This document shows, one piece after another, positions 61,951 to 64,000 of a DNA stretch of 64,000 nucleotides (positions are counted from its first letter, which is position 1; the number at the start of each line of letters is the position of its first letter). Origin of the DNA: Raillietiella orientalis. Its lineage: Eukaryota. Where the stretch lies: the NCBI GenBank assembly GCA_036172245.1, contig JAYWIR010000032.1, forward strand, positions 248,001 through 312,000. Direction: 5' to 3'. The notes beneath the pieces were generated by a model, which ran no database searches, was not told where the DNA came from, and worked only from the letters and a program-made list of their open reading frames with translations. Both the position numbers and the translations under genes were made by a program.

Positions 61951-63399
61951 GTGGTTTCAGTATCGGGCATAATCACAGAACTGATGGTTATTAAAATAGA
62001 AGGCCTTTTTTGGACGCCTGAGTCCCGTCTTTCTGGTAGCTCAACCAAGAAATTCTTGGTCTAAAATAGCATATTAGGAACTTCCACTTTTTTAGAAATT
62101 CCGTGGGAATTCTTCTTCTTCCATCGTCTTCATTAAAAATTCCATTTGTTCATGGTGTTGTTGTTGTTGTTGTTTTCTCCTTCTTGCTATGGATCTCCAT
62201 TTGCTGAGAATATGGAAACACGGGATCCGACGGAGACGCAAGAGACAGTAGTCATGAGTGTGAAGAATGCGTTTTAATTTTAAGGACCGCTGGAGACGGA
62301 AGGATGTGCCAGGAGACCAAACTCGCTTGAAGAATCTCCGAGAGGCTGAGAAACCCGGTGGGAGAGCGAACCCAGCGGAGTCCCGGTCGCTAGCGGTTCT
62401 TCCGCGCGGCGGAATTCAAATCGAGAAAGTTAAATTCGGATAAGTTGGGAGAAAACGAAACTTCCAGTAAGCTTTCAGAGGGAACCACCATCTCAGAAGT
62501 CTGGAAACGAGAGGACAGACCTTTTGAGCACATCGGTCCACGTGGATCGTGGTCACGTGCACCATCCTGGTATCGGAGACTGAGTGCACAGGTAACGATG
62601 GCTTCCCTAGCAGAAGGGAAGACAGAAGCAGCGGGCTCTGGAAGCGGTACAAGCGAGAATGTAGAAAGGGAAAGATGAGGGGGCGGTCGGGATGCTGCCA
62701 AACGCTATTCTTCAGCTTCCGCGAAAAAGGAGAGCAAAGAAAGATGAAACGAGAGTTTTCAGTTCTCTGTTCGTAGATGCCGGATGCTGTGGGAACAGAA
62801 CTGTTTCCGGGTTCGATTTTTTCCGCCGTTCGTAACAGGCAAGCGATTTTGGGCGAGCGCACAGCTGCTCCTGGATTATCAGGGAACCCGTGGGGATGGA
62901 ACTTCCGAGACTCGCTGATGCGTGCTGCACGCGAACCCCCGTTGCCAGGTGCTGCGATCCGAAAAGAGGGGAAAGCAAGCTCCTTGGAAGCACCCGAAGT
63001 GAAGCCCCAAAACTTCTAGTCCTGTTGTCGAGGGACTTCTGGCCATCAGCTACCGCATCGACTGGCAGATGTCGATACGTTGAGCTGAAGGTGACAGGGA
63101 ACGGAAAGGGAAGGAGAGAACCGAGTCTCATCCAACGAAGAGATCGAGTTGAAGAGGCTTTGGGTCTTGAGTGTGGAGGATTGCCTTGGCAATCATGGCT
63201 CGCTCTTCAAATGGGTGAGAAGTCTGTTATGCTGAGTCGTTGAACCTCGGACAAATTCACTCTCTGCAGAGGAATGGCATGGAAGGATCCTTTGCACCAT
63301 TTACCCGCCACCTGATGTGTCCCATTCACTTTTAGTCATTTGAATTCATGAGAAGAGAGGTTCAAAGCCAACGACGCCGGAACATTTCTTTAAATAAAA

Positions 63400-63720
63400 A
63401 AGAAAATGCAAGGAAGAGGGGAAGAAGAGTCCCCTTCAAAAAACAACGAAAGCCAAAAAAACGGGGATTGCCACCGGCAGTCGGGCCGGCTTCCAAAAAG
63501 TAGGGAATGGAGAGAAAGAGCAAAAAATAAATAAGAGAAGTCGGAAGAGTGGGAACATGGGTCTTTACTGAGAGACATTCCTTCCCTCTGGAAGCGGCTC
63601 TAGACGGTGCCGATCTCCCCAACGAATTCTAATGGCAGAGGCCACCTTGTTGCTGTCCTCATGAGGACCGCAGCCATGCTGGTGGCTCTCTGCGAACCTG
63701 ACTCCAACACGTGGCGGACT
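63400..63720 (-). mobile_element. 3' fragment of the Tx1-like LINE group
   Basis: LMRTATRWPL followed by a T-rich 3' UTR. Confidence 0.6.
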
Positions 63721-63859
63721 GTCACCATGGCACGGATCCACCCAATTCTTGCCATCACGGAGTCCTTCTTCAGTCCGCCTTCTGTGAAGAAGCGCTACAG
63801 CAAGTCCGAAGCGGGGGATCCTGCGGTTATCAGGACGCCGAAGCGACTCTTTGTTGGGC

Positions 63860-64000
63860 TGCAATTCTCGAGGGCATGGTGAATCCGCATCTGCTCGTAG
63901 ACTGTGTTGCCCTCCGGCCCCTGTGGTTGCGTTTCGCAACGGCCCTTGGTGCACCGACGGACAATCGCAGGGACGAGATGAAGAGCCCCTTCGTGCGCGG
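63860..64000 (+). mobile_element. ORF2 C-terminal fragment of the Tx1-like LINE group, running off the right edge
   Basis: PHLLVDCVALRPLWLRFATALG. Confidence 0.75.

Overview
Eukaryotic genomic DNA, probably from an invertebrate animal (weak inference from a 28S rRNA fragment), dominated by non-LTR retrotransposons. Bases 1-~24,570 form one GC-rich nest of L1/Tx1-like LINEs. Each has a gag-like ORF1 with CCHC knuckles, a TAATG stop/start overlap, an ORF2 with APE endonuclease + RT + C-terminal CCHC, and a hairpin-ended 3' terminus without poly(A). The junctions resolve into eight elements (labelled P1-P3 on +, M1-M5 on -) inserted inside one another, mostly antisense to their host. Two full-length minus-strand copies carry target-site duplications (17 bp and 11 bp). 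Two copies of one subfamily (M2, M3) sit at the same nucleotide, in the K-A-F-D codons of RT motif A, of two separately diverged host LINEs, which suggests a LINE that targets another LINE's RT gene. The rest of the window is mostly AT-richer DNA carrying: an antisense 28S rRNA fragment fused to a LINE 3' piece, an ankyrin-repeat pseudogene fragment, a second decayed field of the same LINE group (41-50 kb), NeSL/Utopia-like RLE-LINE remnants, a piggyBac-like MITE, and decayed RT remnants of other LINE clades. No intact host gene could be supported. All alignments were done by eye.
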